Counted from the stretch's first letter, positions 26,515 to 40,332 are shown. The stretch: 64,000 bases of DNA from Phoronis australis (GCA_002633005.1 NMRA01000194.1:665830-729829), one strand, 5' to 3'. Notes: generated from the sequence alone by a model not told the origin. Numbers and translations are program-made.

Positions 26515-29500
26515 TCAGAAAAGAGCGTTGTCCTCCTCGTACTGCTGGTCCTGGAATTCATCGCCCAATCGTTTCCACCAGGGATGCCGTAACAGTCTCA
26601 ACTCCTCACGATGGTTGTTCTTAGCTTTGGTTGCCACAGGTAATGATCTAGTGGTGAACAGTTCGACTTCTTCAGGAGTTATGTCACTCAGTTTTGGAGC
26701 ATCTATAATAGGATTGAATGGGATACACAAGAAATATCTCCAAAATCACATTCGGTTATGAACTGTCATTGAAATGAAAAATCTATGGCAAAATTCCGTA
26801 TTGTATTTTATCAGTACCTTTCAAAAACGTTTTACTAAAAAATGCATGGTCACGTGACGTGAATGATATGAATGAAACTAAACTGATTTGCTTTATGTTG
26901 GTTAAAGATGGCATTAAATAGGGGTGCACACACATAATCTTAAATTATCAAGTTACTTCAGGTTTGATAAAGCTCGCGTATAGCATAGTGTAGGCATAAA
27001 AGTGGATATCACATAGCTGTGTTTTTATCTGAAGCCCTCCTTACTTAAGAGTAGATCACTATCCGTTTCCAAGCGTGCTATCAGCGCCTCCCTATGTTGG
27101 TGATTCTTCCTCGTAACTTTGCAAGTCATCACGTGTCGTCGAAGCGTGTCTTGAACTTTATTATGAAGATCTTCTTGTTCTTCGCGGCTCATTGTCTTTG
27201 GCTGGAAGAAACACTCTTGTCTGAATGAATGCAAGTTGAAAACACGTGGTACAACCATACACAGTTGTATTCAGGCAACAAGTTTCTCTTCGTGCAGAGA
27301 GCATCTAGAGGCAGCCATTGACATTTTGTGTCTCGAAAGGAGCACGCAGCCATTTTACAGTTAATCATAACATTTTAATATCCCCAAAAATATATCTCAT
27401 TTTTATCGCAAACCACAACATGTTTTAAAACGCATTATCTATTTACCACATATGCAAGTTGTTCGCCAATTAACCTATTACCAGGATTTTGAGTGATGGC
27501 TTAACTGACCAATCGGAATGCAGTATTTTTGACACATCATCGTTACCAAGCTGCCATTTTATCAAACAAACAACACGTTGCTGGGTAAAACTTCTTGTTT
27601 GTCGACATTTCACAATAGGTGGAGCTTGTGATGTGTCAATTTCTATTACATGGCAATTCTCTATCGGTCACGTGCAGCTATTTTGATTTTTCACACTAAT
27701 AGCAGAATCTCATTTGAATATTGATTTCTCTTTCATGCATAAAGCAATTAACATGAACCTTTGCACATTCATATTAAGGTGTATGGCTGAGAAAACAGCC
27801 TCATAGATTTTTGATTTTCATTTAAACAGCGGAGACATTGCTGGGACAGCAGAAATTATTCGGCACTTTGATGACTGAAGATATTTGTTGCTTGAGTTCA
27901 AAAACCTCGGACACCGTTCTCTGCATATTAACAGCAAGAAAAATATTTTAAACACTACATCATCTGCAGTTTACCTTTTTTACAAATTTATGTTCAGTGC
28001 AGAAAATAATTGTATTTGATAATGTGACGTTTTGAGCATGAATTGAGACTTTGCACTAGGAGAGGATTGAGAATTGTGTACTTTTATGGCTTAAAAATGG
28101 TCGCCAACAAGTTATTTGATCAAATGTTGAATGATAATTATCTTACGTAAGCAATTAAAAAATATTCAATTATAATCACATTCGTTTTAGGCCAAAACAG
28201 AAGCACGAATTTTAAGATGAGCGCATAAGTAAATACATACGTGTTAAACCCGACGTTTCGGTTCATTACTTAAACCATTTTCAAGACGACATTTGTTCAT
28301 TTGAGCTCAATTTTGATTTCTAGTCTCACCCACAATGCACTTTGACGTGTACCTCCACAGTTTATTTTCCACTTGTGTCGCCTTGAAAATGGTTTAAGTA
28401 ATAAACCGAAATGTCAGATTTAGCACGTCTGTATTTACTTACGCGCTCACCTTAAAATTCATGCTTCGATTACAATATAAATATTCAGCTATACATGCCA
28501 GCCACTCTAGAAAAGCAGTTCTAAGGGTTGCCACTGGTGAAACCATGGAATAAAACCTGTTTGCATTTTCTCCCATGAATGACTCCACCCATGTTACCTG
28601 GTGAGAGTCCCTCCACTCTAGGATCTCCTGTTGTATTTCTACTCGGCGCTGGTCGTCCAGCCCAGGCGGTCGCTGCCAGTTCGGAGGCTCCTTCTTTCTA
28701 CTTTCCAGTTTGGCTAGCCATTTCCTCACCTTCAGGCAAAAAACTTTGTTTCATAAAGGCTGTGCATGAAGTCTGTGCTAACTGCAGTGAAGGTAGAGTT
28801 TATGCCAGAAACCATTAACATGGATACATTTCAGAACCCAAATAGTTTTCACATTTGAACAATATCTGGTCTGTCACAACACGTCGTGAATTGTCCCGAG
28901 AAAGGAAAAGGAGGTACCCTGATTTTCTAAATTTAAATTGTTTATTAATTACAGCCGCGCTGCAGTCACTTAATGTTTTGATGCATTTCATGTTAACAAT
29001 AGAAATGAGTTAGTCTATTAATTAGTAAGTTATGTTTGAACAGAGTGCATTATGGAAATATAAGCAAAAATAGATTTCACTGTGAAAGAAAGTGAAGTAC
29101 ACCGATTTCATCATGGGGTAAGAACTACTTACCCTCCTCTGTATAGTTATTGCAGCTCTCATGCGCCTAATGTGAATTTTCCTACGTTCCAACTGTTTGC
29201 GTTCTTGGTGACCTCGCCACAATGTTTGAATTTTTAGAGCGGAGGATTCTTGGACGTTTTGTAGGTGCTTTGGGATGTCAGCTAAAAACAGCTCTAAATA
29301 GTCAGCAGAAATGGCATATATGGTCAATCGCTAAAGACACAATGCATTGTGATGGATTGCCGAGCTCTTCGCAGCCGCAGAATATACAACGGAAACTTGC
29401 ATCCTAATGCACCAGTAATCGAATAGACATCATTCAAGTTAGTACCACACTGATAGCAATTTCTGTCTCAGTTTCACTGTAAATGTAGTAGAAAATGATT

Positions 29501-32500
29501 CATTTCAAGTTTTCAAATGCAACGCATCAACACCTTCAGATTTGTATGCTTATTTCATAGGTGGGAAACAGCTCATTGGAAGAGCTTTAGGATATTAAAC
29601 CAACTCAAACTTGGCTTGGTTCTTTTGAGCCTTCAAAAGTTCCAAATACAATTTTGGAAATTCAAACATTTCTTTTTTTAAGACAGAATTGAAGAAAATA
29701 AGGTGATTCTAAAATTTCCATTACTATGGCACTGTAATTCCTGTCATACCTGCAGGCAGAAGCTGCAGTATTTGCAACTGTTTCTGTCGCGAGTCCCTCA
29801 TAGCACGCTTCCTGGCCAATAGCAGCTGATGTCTCAGTTCAGACTCCTCCTTCTCACGCTCTCGCCTCTTTTCTAATATCACTCGTCGCTCCCTGGAGAA
29901 GGGTTGGTTCGACTCATTAAACATTAGGGCGTGTGCAGTGAAAAACGACAACAAGCAAGTTCATGGAACTGCTGCTATCGAGGAAAAATGAAACGCATCC
30001 ATGGCTTATATTCATGATTTAGTGAACGCTGAAGAATACATTTATTTGCGTTGAAAGGCGTATTAAGGCAACTATAAGCTGCAAAATAAGATTTCCAGAA
30101 TGTGTTCTTCCAGACGTATTAAAACAGTTTTATTCTTAATTTAAGGGACATAAGCCTAAAAACATCAGCAAACTACATCAGCCAACTAATGAACGGTGAC
30201 ACCCCACCTAAACGTTTTCTGCAGTTTTGCTATTCCGTGATTAGCCTTCTTTAACATCTGTCTGGTTCTGAAACTTCTGAACAATGCCTGAATAGTGGTC
30301 GCTGCACGATGAAGTCGCTAAAAGAATTAAGTTATCAATTCTTAATACAGAGCATAATCTAGACAACAACGGGACTGTGAAAAATGCATTCAATAAAAGA
30401 GTAGCATTTGAAAGGAAAATAGCTTTATATTATCAAAAATGTAAGTGGTTTTCCTGATATTTGGCAAACATACAGACTTGTCTTTGCCAAGAACACCTGC
30501 CCTGAATGTGTCACTCACAAACTGACAAACTAGATTCCTGTACAATGTGAAAACAATGCAAAAAGAATTTCTCGAAATATTGGCAGAGTACTTCTCAGAA
30601 ACTCATTACCACCAAAAAGCCATATATGTTCACCATGATAGCAAGTAACAGCAGATGTTCACGAAAACAACAACGGATTTAAAACTTGACATGTTTCGGT
30701 GTCACTGAAACATGTCAAGTTTTAAATCCGTTGTTGATTTCGTGAACATATATGTTCAGCATGACACAATATAATATAAACTTCAGACGGTGACACAAAC
30801 TCTTAAGATGGGTCGCATCCTTAACACAAAACCCCACACAGGTACTCCTTCAGTCCAATGACCAAAGTGAGCGCCCCTGTTTCCGTGTGTTGCAGTTAAA
30901 GACCTAAACCGATTGGCTTGTGACATGGACTTTCAAGTTTTCATTAAGGCAAAGATGAGAGATACTTAGCAAATTTTCAACTCATTGCAAGACGACAATA
31001 TGTGTTTTATCTCCAAAATATATTAAAAAATTCTCTTCCAGACTGCAAGACAGTCCATGGAAGTTTGCACAATGCCTTATTTGATTGTGGTAGTATGTCA
31101 GATTTTGCGGTAAAATTTTTTGAGCATGGTAAGAGTTTTCATAGTTTATGGTGTTTTCTAGAGAGCCATAAGTTTTGCCGCTTCAGAGCAAGTAGAGTTC
31201 TGTGGCCTGTGGTAAAAGTTTCGTTCCCCTTGAACTTAAATGAATCGCTTTCCCTAAATATAATAAAGAGCATGACATGTATACTTTGATGAAGATCTCT
31301 CTAACAAGAGACATCTATCAAGAACAATTAACCAGATTATCACCATTTTACCCCACCTCCATCTCCACACGTTTGTGTGTTCCCGCGTCGAGTAAGGACA
31401 AAAGCTTCTTCAAGTCCGCTCCAAACCCCTTACCAGTCCACCGGCTTAATAATGGCCTCAGACCTCTGCAACAGAGTGCATTTGGTTAATGATGCTGTCA
31501 AATATTACTTTGAGAATTGAGACATTGTGATATCGGAAATGGTAGGTCTAGCAATGCACTAATTTCTTATAAATAAATATTATGTCGTGCGACAAGATAT
31601 CAGAGTAAATGTAAACGTCATCATACTGCCATCTCAAACGATGTCTTGTGACTTCTGATGATGATGGCAGATAATTGAAAAGCAAAAGTGTAAGTAGAGT
31701 CACAAGATATGTAACTGAGTAGAACCATATTGGCCACTTTTTGAGTAAAACCAAGAATTGAGGGATGAATAGCTTCATACAGCAAGAGTTAGGATGAATA
31801 GTTTCATACAACAAATAGTTGGATATGAGGTATGTTCCATGAAAAACCACTTAATACTGAAGGTCAACATTTTGTCTAAGTTTAAGACTGAAAATCAGGC
31901 TATGTTAAGACCGAAGGCAAAAACTTAGAAAAGTCCATTCACCGAACACAATGTTTGTTTTTGGTCTTCTGTCTTAACTTAGACAGCAATTGTTGTGGGT
32001 TCTGACATAGGTGATCATACAAACTACCCATTAGCCATCTGTTGCGAATTCACTATTAAGCTAAGTGATGTGATGTGTGAAATACCATTTCAAGAATGAT
32101 CTTAGTCTTGAAACTCTAACTGGGGGTTTATTTACAACAATTTGGATACGATTCGGGTCTAGTTTATGTGAGAATACCCTGATATGGTTGGAAAATATCA
32201 TTCACATGTGCAGGTAAGTTGTAGTTCATTGTCTCTACCAGTCTACGCTGCTTTGTCAGTTCTCAAATCAAAAGCAGACAATCTTTAATTTGACGATTGT
32301 TTAGGGACATTTGATTGTGAAAAATATAATAGATTTGATCGATCCTCTATAGTTTGTAAGTGATGAGAGTCATAAATTTTGGTCATTTAGATCAAAAGTC
32401 CAATCTTAAGCCCACTACATAACAGGCTAACTTTCAGTCTTAGCTTTGACTAATTTTAATCTTAATTTTGGCCTCAAGAAATTTCATAAAACGTGGCTAA

Positions 32501-35500
32501 GTATAAGTCAAGACAAAAAATTCATGAAACTGGCCTCACAGGTCTGTTTCATGAAAGTGACGTGAAACTTCAGAAATCAGTTCTGACTTACACTCCCGCT
32601 TCAGACAGGTAATTACCAGTGCAGCCAGGTAATTACCAGTGCAGCCAGGTAATTACCAGTGCAGCCAGGTAATTACCAGTGCAGCCAGGTAATTACCAGT
32701 TCAGCCAGGTAATTACCAGTGCGTCACATTATCTCAGAAACTAGCACTTATGCGAACATTCTCAGAGACTTTGTGCTCTTGCTCAAGTGAGATTTAATTA
32801 ATTTTCTGAAATAGTTATGTGGAGTGTACTACCAAATTTCTAGCATAATAAACTTTTCATGAAACATGCCAGGTCAAAATGACTAAAATGCAAAACAGGA
32901 ATTTTTAAATTAATATCACGTTTGCAGCAGCTGATGAAGCCACAGAAGACAACTATGAACCACATCCTTAAAAACTGCAACGTGCACAGAATTGAGTCAT
33001 TGCATTCCAATAGGTTTACTGTGAATTCCAGATTAAAAAGAGGCACTGAATGTGAAAGTAAGCAGAATTATAATTGCATAAAACTGAATGTGAGCATTTA
33101 TAAACAAATGACAAGACACTTTATACAAGAGTTCAGCATACTTATATCGAGATCCCAGCATGTCCACAACATCCTGTTTTGATTCGCACATGTACAGCAC
33201 TGTCCTGGTGGCAGAGCTGAAAACAAGCATGACATTATATTGACATCACATTCCAGTGAAACATAATTTTTTCAGAAAACTTTAAATCAGTTTATCAGAG
33301 TAGATATAGAATTATAAAGACAAACATTCTGAATCAATGAGCTTTCCAGGGCACGCACCCACACACGCACGCACGCACACACACATGCACAAACATGTGC
33401 GCATGGGAACACTCACACAGACACGCTGGACTTTCTTTCTACAGCAAATCAGCATTCAACAAATCTAGCTTATAACTGTATATTTCTCTTAACTGTAACA
33501 CTTCATTCTCAATTCCCAAGCCACCTAACTACTGTATAATCGTACCTTTGGTTACAGTAAACTTTGGTTGCGGAAAACATTCATGAGTACGGGAATGTCC
33601 GTCGTAACGTCTTTAGACTATAACCAGCATCAAACAACTAAAACTGCATTTCATCAAGAAACAAATTTTCCCCTTTTTCCACACAACTGACATAAGTTTC
33701 AATTACTTTTACTTGACATTACCTCACCAACTTCACTTTGATGACCTTACCTTCCAATATTGATGTCGTGGGAAGATGTGAGTTTGTATATGATTTCATC
33801 CAGTATATTATTGATGACTTTTTCATCAAGACTGGTGATCACGTCACTGTAAACATAACAACAGAGAAGAATTAGTTCTCACTCGCAGTCTATGCCAGTG
33901 TTTTATCACAACAGTAAAACTAGCACAAGTCAGACGCGCATTACCCAGATTTTTGCAAAACAAACTTTTATTGACAGACTGGCGTGAAAAATTAAACAGT
34001 CACTAGGGGGAGCAATGGCGATCAGATGCCTTTAAAAATAAGCAAGAACCGTTCTTTTCTTGATAAGAACATATTTGTGAAATTTGAAGACCAATTGGCT
34101 TATATTAAAGGTAGATGCAAAGAGAGACAAACTTGATGTCAATACAGGGCAGAGAAATGATCAAATCCATCTGATAATTGATGTCTGGCATGCCCTCCCT
34201 AATTGGACCTCAACAGCGGAATCTTGTGTTGATTGTCCACAGGGCTTCGACAGACAGAGATAGACACTAAAAAAGAACCCAAAGCAGCAAAATTGCCACA
34301 GAGCAGTGCAACAGAGACCAATACAGTCTGGGTACATGACATCCTCTCATTTATAGGAATACACCTGTCACATTTCATTAACTATAGATTTATCAAGGAA
34401 CTTGACTAGACATTGAGGCAGACTCAAAGAAAACTATTAGAGAGCATCACAGTGGTCAGATGCTGTCAGAAAATCAAAGACAGCTATGCTCTCAACAACA
34501 ACGGCACGTGCAAAATTTTATGATGATCATTGAAGCTGCTTACCAGATAGAGAGGTGGACACTAAAAATGGACACTAAATTTTCAAGACTGCCAACACAG
34601 GGCACTGTCTGAAAAAGGGTGAGTGATGTGTTTGGGATAATACAATCACTTTTGTCAAATTTCATCCACATCTATAGGAACTTAGTAGACATAGAGAAGG
34701 GTGCAAATGCTGAAATTGACACTAGGGGGAATAGTAGTATTGCTTCCCCCTGAAAGTTGGTGCATGCTATTCTCTTTGTGATAAAAATACGTCTGCAAAA
34801 TTTCACAAAGATTCCTCCAGGGTTTCAGAAATAGAGAGGCAGACACTGGATCCCCGCACAGATATGACGACAATATGCGTCCACATGTGGAAGCACAATG
34901 AACAAATAAATGGACAAAGAATATAAAATATAATGTTTAAGTTGGTGATTTCTGAAGAAACTGTATTCACATACGGATTTACTCTCATCAGATTCTGCAT
35001 CAGGTTCAAGGTGGATAAGGCTGTCTCCACATCATCCGTTAACAACAGCTGAAGCAGCCACTGAGATCGCAACACTGTAAACAGAAACATTCACATTTTA
35101 CAGACAATGTGAGATGTCATATACACAATGGATAGCGCCACCAGTAAAAAATACCAAGCAGGTGGCCTGGTGTCTTATACGATATGCCAGTAGATGAAGT
35201 CTCCTCGTGATCTATGAAGATCACTTCATTTTAGTAGCATTTTGAAAAGACAGAGCAAATAGATGCAAGTAAACAAGTAGCGTATTTGAGTGTAAACAGA
35301 TAACGCACATCCAGTATCAACTGTCAGCGAAGTAAGCAGGTGACTGCCCGCGTTACTTTGTCTTGAAATTAGAATAGACGATTTACATTACCACAAATCT
35401 ATGTTCCAGGATATGCATCGGTGTATTCATTTGTTATTTGTAAAAGGCCAAAGGTAATGTGTATCCCTGTGTTTACACATATTGAGAAGATGTGCGTGTG

Positions 35501-38500
35501 TGAGCAATGCTTCTGGTTAATGTCTAGCAACTGGTGAACACCATTTTGTTAAAACACTAGCAGTACCCAAAATATATCAATGCAGAAATAAGTCCATTAC
35601 CACTGACATTTCCAGTCACACAATGCAGATGAAACTTCCTCGCTTGCACAGTTTACACAGAACTGAATTTGAAAATTAACATTTTGCGCATATTGACGAC
35701 ACAAATTTTCCTTTGGATAAAACATACTTACCATTGACTGTCAAAAAAGTGTGCCCTCTGAACAATGTGTTCAAACTGTCCAGAACTGAACGGAAATTAT
35801 CCAACAGCTCCTCTTTGATGTCAGAAGCACTCTACAACAGGCAAAGTAATTCCAAAATTTCACTTTTACAAAAGAGAAAAGGGGTAATTATTTTGATAGA
35901 CTGCAAATAAAATGTTTAGAGTTGTGAAATGTGCGTATACTTAACAGTTGATGCCATTATTTCAGATGGAAAGGTCAGTGGTTAAAATATTTAAATTTTA
36001 CCACTTTTCTTGCACAGTGTGCTCTCATTTTCGTAGCAACAACAACTCATAACATTCGAAGTATTCAGTTTATAACAAGTGTCTGTTTCATAAAAAGCGA
36101 CTTAAGGTTTAAGACTGAAATTTGGTCCACATAACAATTTCTTAATAAAAATAATAAAATCTCAATGAATCAAGCAACAGCCCAGTCTTTAAGAACATTA
36201 CACAAAACTGCTAGTTACTGACAGATAATTTCTACAAATTATTTCTTTCACTGTCAGTGATACACTCATAATTACTTGGCAAAAGTTTTTCAGAAACTGT
36301 GCAAGGGGAGCGTCAGACAAAATTTCTGTCATGAAACAGGCTCGAGATTTCAAATACAATGCTTCGAGTTACGCACATGGAATACAAAAAGCATGATGAG
36401 AAACAAACTTAATCGTAATTTAGACTTAGCCAGATTTTCATGTCCAGCAATTCAGTGAGTAATTAGTCAGGAGAAAATATACCATTGGTGTTTGTAAATA
36501 TTTTGCCTGGATTTTCCTCGATAACATCAGAATGTTTTCAGTAGCATCAGGCAAACACAGGCCGTAGAACTCGTGAGATTCTTCAGGGTCAATACCAACA
36601 CAACTTGTACTGGAAGTAAAGGAAACTGATAGTGAATCATTATTCATAACATCTGAGCAATTGATTGTCTGTTTCAAAATAATCATTGTATTAAAAGTAA
36701 TAAAAATTATTGTCTGTCTAAAAAGTGTATAATCACCCTACAATGAATACTTTCTTTGAACAATCCGTATCGTGTAAGAAAATTTAACAGTTGAAGGTAA
36801 GGAAACAAAGGAATAAAATACCACGTTTCTTGTTCAGACACAAATCCACTTTTAGAGGACCTTTACACGTCGCGATCATCCAGTTCCTAACAGCAGCTGT
36901 TAATGGATCTTTTACAACTGAAGTTACAAACCCAAATGATTGCATGAAGAAACAAAACAATTTTCTAATTTTCTAGCAATGTCACATGAATAATAATGGG
37001 ATCTATATTCTGCAGAAAGTACAATACATGGTCAGTCATACTATACCTTAACAAGCCACCAGTCCAGCAGTGGTCGATTTTGCTATGACTCCTAGTCAGT
37101 CATACTATACCTTAACAACGATGCCAGCCATCCAGCAGTGGTCCATGTTGCTATGACTCTTAGTCAGTCATACTATACCTTAACAACGATGCCAGCCGTC
37201 CAGCAGTGGTCCACGTTGCTATGACTCTTAGTCAGTCATACTATACCTTAACAACGATGCCAGCCGTCCAGCAGTGGTCCACATTGCTATGGCTCTTAGT
37301 CACTCATACTATACCTTAACAATTATGCCTGCTGTCCAGCAGTGGTCCATGTTGGTACGAACCTTAGTCAGTCATACTATACCTTAACAACGATGCCAGC
37401 CGTCCAGCAGTGGTCCATGTTGCTATGACTCTGTCAAAGTCTTGCTTCAACACCAGAATCAACACATGGATGAGGTCATACTTCCAAATCTCCAGTTTGA
37501 TCTGCATCATCTTTTTGCTACCAGGGAGTACCTCGCTCAAAATATCTGGACACAAAATTATACAGCGAATCAAAATAAGGACTCTAAAGCTTAGTAACCT
37601 ACAGTGGTTAAAAATATTAAGAATCAGTTTGATGCATGCTATTTAGCAGAAGAAACTGGTTCTCAAAATCCATGACCACTGAATGTTAATATTTCCAAAA
37701 GGACAAGAGGATTAAAACTACACTAACAAGACATATGATTTTAAAGGGTTCAAAGCTTTCGTGACAACGCCAGGCAAATGAGTCTAACATGTGGTGTGGT
37801 ATTTATCATTACAGTATTTACTTATAGTGAATAAACATTCTTTAATTAGCCTTAAGGACAATTCTTGCAACACAAAGAGTTGTCACGTTTCATGCGCACA
37901 CCCAGCCTTTAATATGGGGGGGCTCGAATTTCTGACTTCTACTACAATGGGAGGTGAGAGGGTGTCTCTCCCTTGAAATGGACCTTTTAACAACAAAAAA
38001 AGCAGGACTGTGTGTCTGTGCCTTTTTAGTGGACTTTTGTCTCATTTTTTCAGACTTTTTGTTTCTCTGAGATGGACCTTTTTGCCCAATTCGCCAAATT
38101 CGAGCCCCCCCCCCGAGCCCCCCTGGNNNNNNNNNNNNNNNNNNNNNNNNNNNNNNNNNNNNNNNNNNNNNNNNNNNNNNNNNNNNNNNNNNNNNNNNNN
38201 NNNNNNNNNNNNNNNNNNNNNNNNNNNNNNNNNNNNNNNNNNNNNNNNNNNNNNNNNNNNNNNNNNNNNNNNNNNNNNNNNNNNNNNNNNNNNNNNNNNN
38301 NNNNNCCAGCCATCCAGCAGTGGTCCATGTTGCTATGACGCTTAGTCAGTCATACTATACCTTAACAACGATACCAGCCATCCAGCAGTGGTCCATGTTG
38401 CTATGACTCTTAGTCAGTCATAGTATACCTTAACAACGATGCCAGCCATCCAGCAGTGGTCCATGTTGCTATGACTCGTAGTCAGTCATACTATACCTTA

Positions 38501-39991
38501 ACAACGATACCAGCCATCCAGCAGTGGTCCATGTTGCTATGACTCTTAGTCAGTCATAGTATACCTTAACAACGATGCCAGCCGTCCAGCAGTGGTCCAT
38601 GTTGCTATGACTCTGTCAAAGTCTTGTTTCAACACCAGAATCAACACATGGATGAGGTCATACTTCCAGATCTCCAGTTTGATCTGCATCATCTTCTTGC
38701 TACCAGGGAGTACTTCGCTCAAAATATCTGGACACAAAATTATACAGCGAATCAAAATAAGGGCTCTAAAGCTACCTACAGTGGTTAAAAATATTAAGAA
38801 CTAGTTTGATGCATGCTATTTAGCAGAAGAAACTGGTTCTCAAAATCCAGGACCACTGAATGTTAATGTTTCCAAAAGGACAAGAGGATTAAAACTACTC
38901 TAACAAGACATATGATTTTAAAGGGTTCAAAGCTTTCGTGACAACGACAAGCAAATGAGTCTAACATGTGGAGTGGTATTTATCATTACAGTATTTACTT
39001 ATAGTGAATAAACATTCTTTAATTAGCCTTAAGGACAATTCTTGCAACAGAGAGTTGTCACGTTTCATGCGCGCACCCAGCCTTTAATATGGGTGGTGGG
39101 CTCGAATTTCTGACTTCTACTACAGCAGGAGGTGAGAGGGTACTGTCTCTCCCTTGAAACGGACCTTTTACCAACAAAAAGGCAGGAGGACTGTGTATCT
39201 GTGCCTTTTTAGTGGACTTTTCTCTCATTTTTTCAGACTTTTTGTTTCTCTGAGATGGACCTTTTTGCCCAATTCGCCAAATTCGAGCCCCCCCCCCGAG
39301 CCCCCCTGGCCGGGGTGCACACATGCCTTCCTTAATTTGATTCTCTGAGCCCATTATCCGCATGCAGTTATCAGTTCTGTGACATCATCATCATAACCAT
39401 CCAAGCAGCAAAAATAAAAAGCAAACGAAGCTCAATGTAACAATGTTGTAATGAAAAGCAAGAGTGGATATAAGACTTTAGAATAAAATAAGAACTTGGA
39501 AATGGCAAAAGTGGTGCCCTTGATAAATATCAATATTTGGAGCAGTTGCAACATTTTTTCTGTTGTATAGTCCAAAAACAGATATGATTTACACATGACT
39601 AGCAAACAGTCCAGGGTTTATTTATCAAGTTCAGAGGAACCATCGTATTTCCCCCACAAAAATAGACAGGAATTGCAGGATTTTCACTGGCAACTCTTGA
39701 ACAGGTTGGTATATTGGAACTAAGGTATGTCTCATTTACATTGCATTCCGGACATGAAAGACTAGTCTACACCCTATTTTTCAATAGCATGGCAATAGCT
39801 GGTGAAAACGTTAAAACACTAGTTCAATTATTAAAATCAAACACACTTAAAACACATTGTTATAGAAATTGATTTGAACCTTGCAGCCCGAGAAGTAAAT
39901 TAGGCACATTATGGTCTCTGGCTTCCGCCACTTCTGCGGCAAGAGTAAGTATTCGACGGTCACGCTCTTCATCTTCTTTTGGCGAAGTCAT
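26515..39991 (-). CDS. IQCB1: IQ calmodulin-binding motif protein 1 / nephrocystin-5 (spliced)
   Basis: Exons 39991-39880, 38727-38565 (duplicate copy 37545-37383), 36609-36483, 35831-35732, 35074-34975, 33846-33751, 33216-33142, 31465-31357, 30317-30208, 29892-29750, 29281-29133, 28729-28598, 27201-27045, 26702-26515. Motifs RILTLAAEVA, YKGLRPLLS, IQ motifs (IQTLWRGHQERK), HREALIA and PWWKRLG match IQCB1. Confidence 0.93.
28200..28467. mobile_element. Foldback element (about 92-bp inverted arms), Penelope-like, with hammerhead-like motifs
   Basis: Arms 28200-28291 and 28376-28467 are reverse complements with scattered mismatches; arms and spacer are homologous to 46784-47251. Confidence 0.75.
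28249..28288 (-). ncRNA. Minimal type I hammerhead ribozyme-like motif (U3-A8 variant)
   Basis: Minus strand TTGAAAA-T-GGTTT-aagtaat-GAACC-GAAA-CGTC; stem I very short; activity unproven. Confidence 0.45.
30655..30749. repeat. Near-perfect 95-bp palindrome
   Basis: Two 47-bp arms around position 30702 with 2 mismatches; each arm contains GAAACATGTC. Confidence 0.9.
32542..32869. mobile_element. Harbinger-like MITE containing a 20-bp tandem array
   Basis: TIR gtctgtttcatgaaa / tttcatgaaacatgc with CAG on both flanks; related termini near 32525, 36081, 36335 and 47272. Confidence 0.55.
32606..32722. repeat. 20-bp tandem repeat, about 6 copies
   Basis: caggtaattaccagtgcagc repeated; palindromic core ggtaattacc. 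Confidence 0.95.
37030..37431 (-). repeat. 68-bp tandem array of IQCB1 exon-2 end plus donor site, about 6 units
   Basis: Units start near 37030, 37092, 37160, 37228, 37296, 37364. Confidence 0.95.
38306..38613 (-). repeat. Second copy of the 68-bp exon-end array (at least 4.5 units, runs into gap)
   Basis: Units at 38342, 38410, 38478, 38546 plus a partial unit. Confidence 0.95.
39066..39325. mobile_element. MITE-like element with CATG-ending inverted termini
   Basis: catgcgcgcaccc ... gggtgcacacatg with internal gggctcgaatt/aattcgagccc; copies at about 37891-38126 and a left end at about 60175; no clear TSD. Confidence 0.6.
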
Positions 39992-40332
39992 CTTTACATT
40001 CCCATTCCAGGAATTCTTGTGAAAAATAAGCAAGACCAAATTGTTCGGACAACTTCGATTTTAGCGCTCCGCCGGATATCTAAAGTTTCATTTTCACACT
40101 AATTTCGAAGCACAAGCCACTGGAAATTGTTTTAAAGGATTTTTTTGCGTGTAAATTTGTAAAATTGGTAGGCTTAAACCTTTAACACAAAATATGCATT
40201 GATACATTTGTTCTTATTCAAAACACGACCAACTTTATCAAAAGGATTTTTATGCGAAAATATTTTTGCCGTCAATACGCACTTTTCGATGAAGGTGAAG
40301 GTCGTCAGCACTGGCTGGCAACGATACGAATC

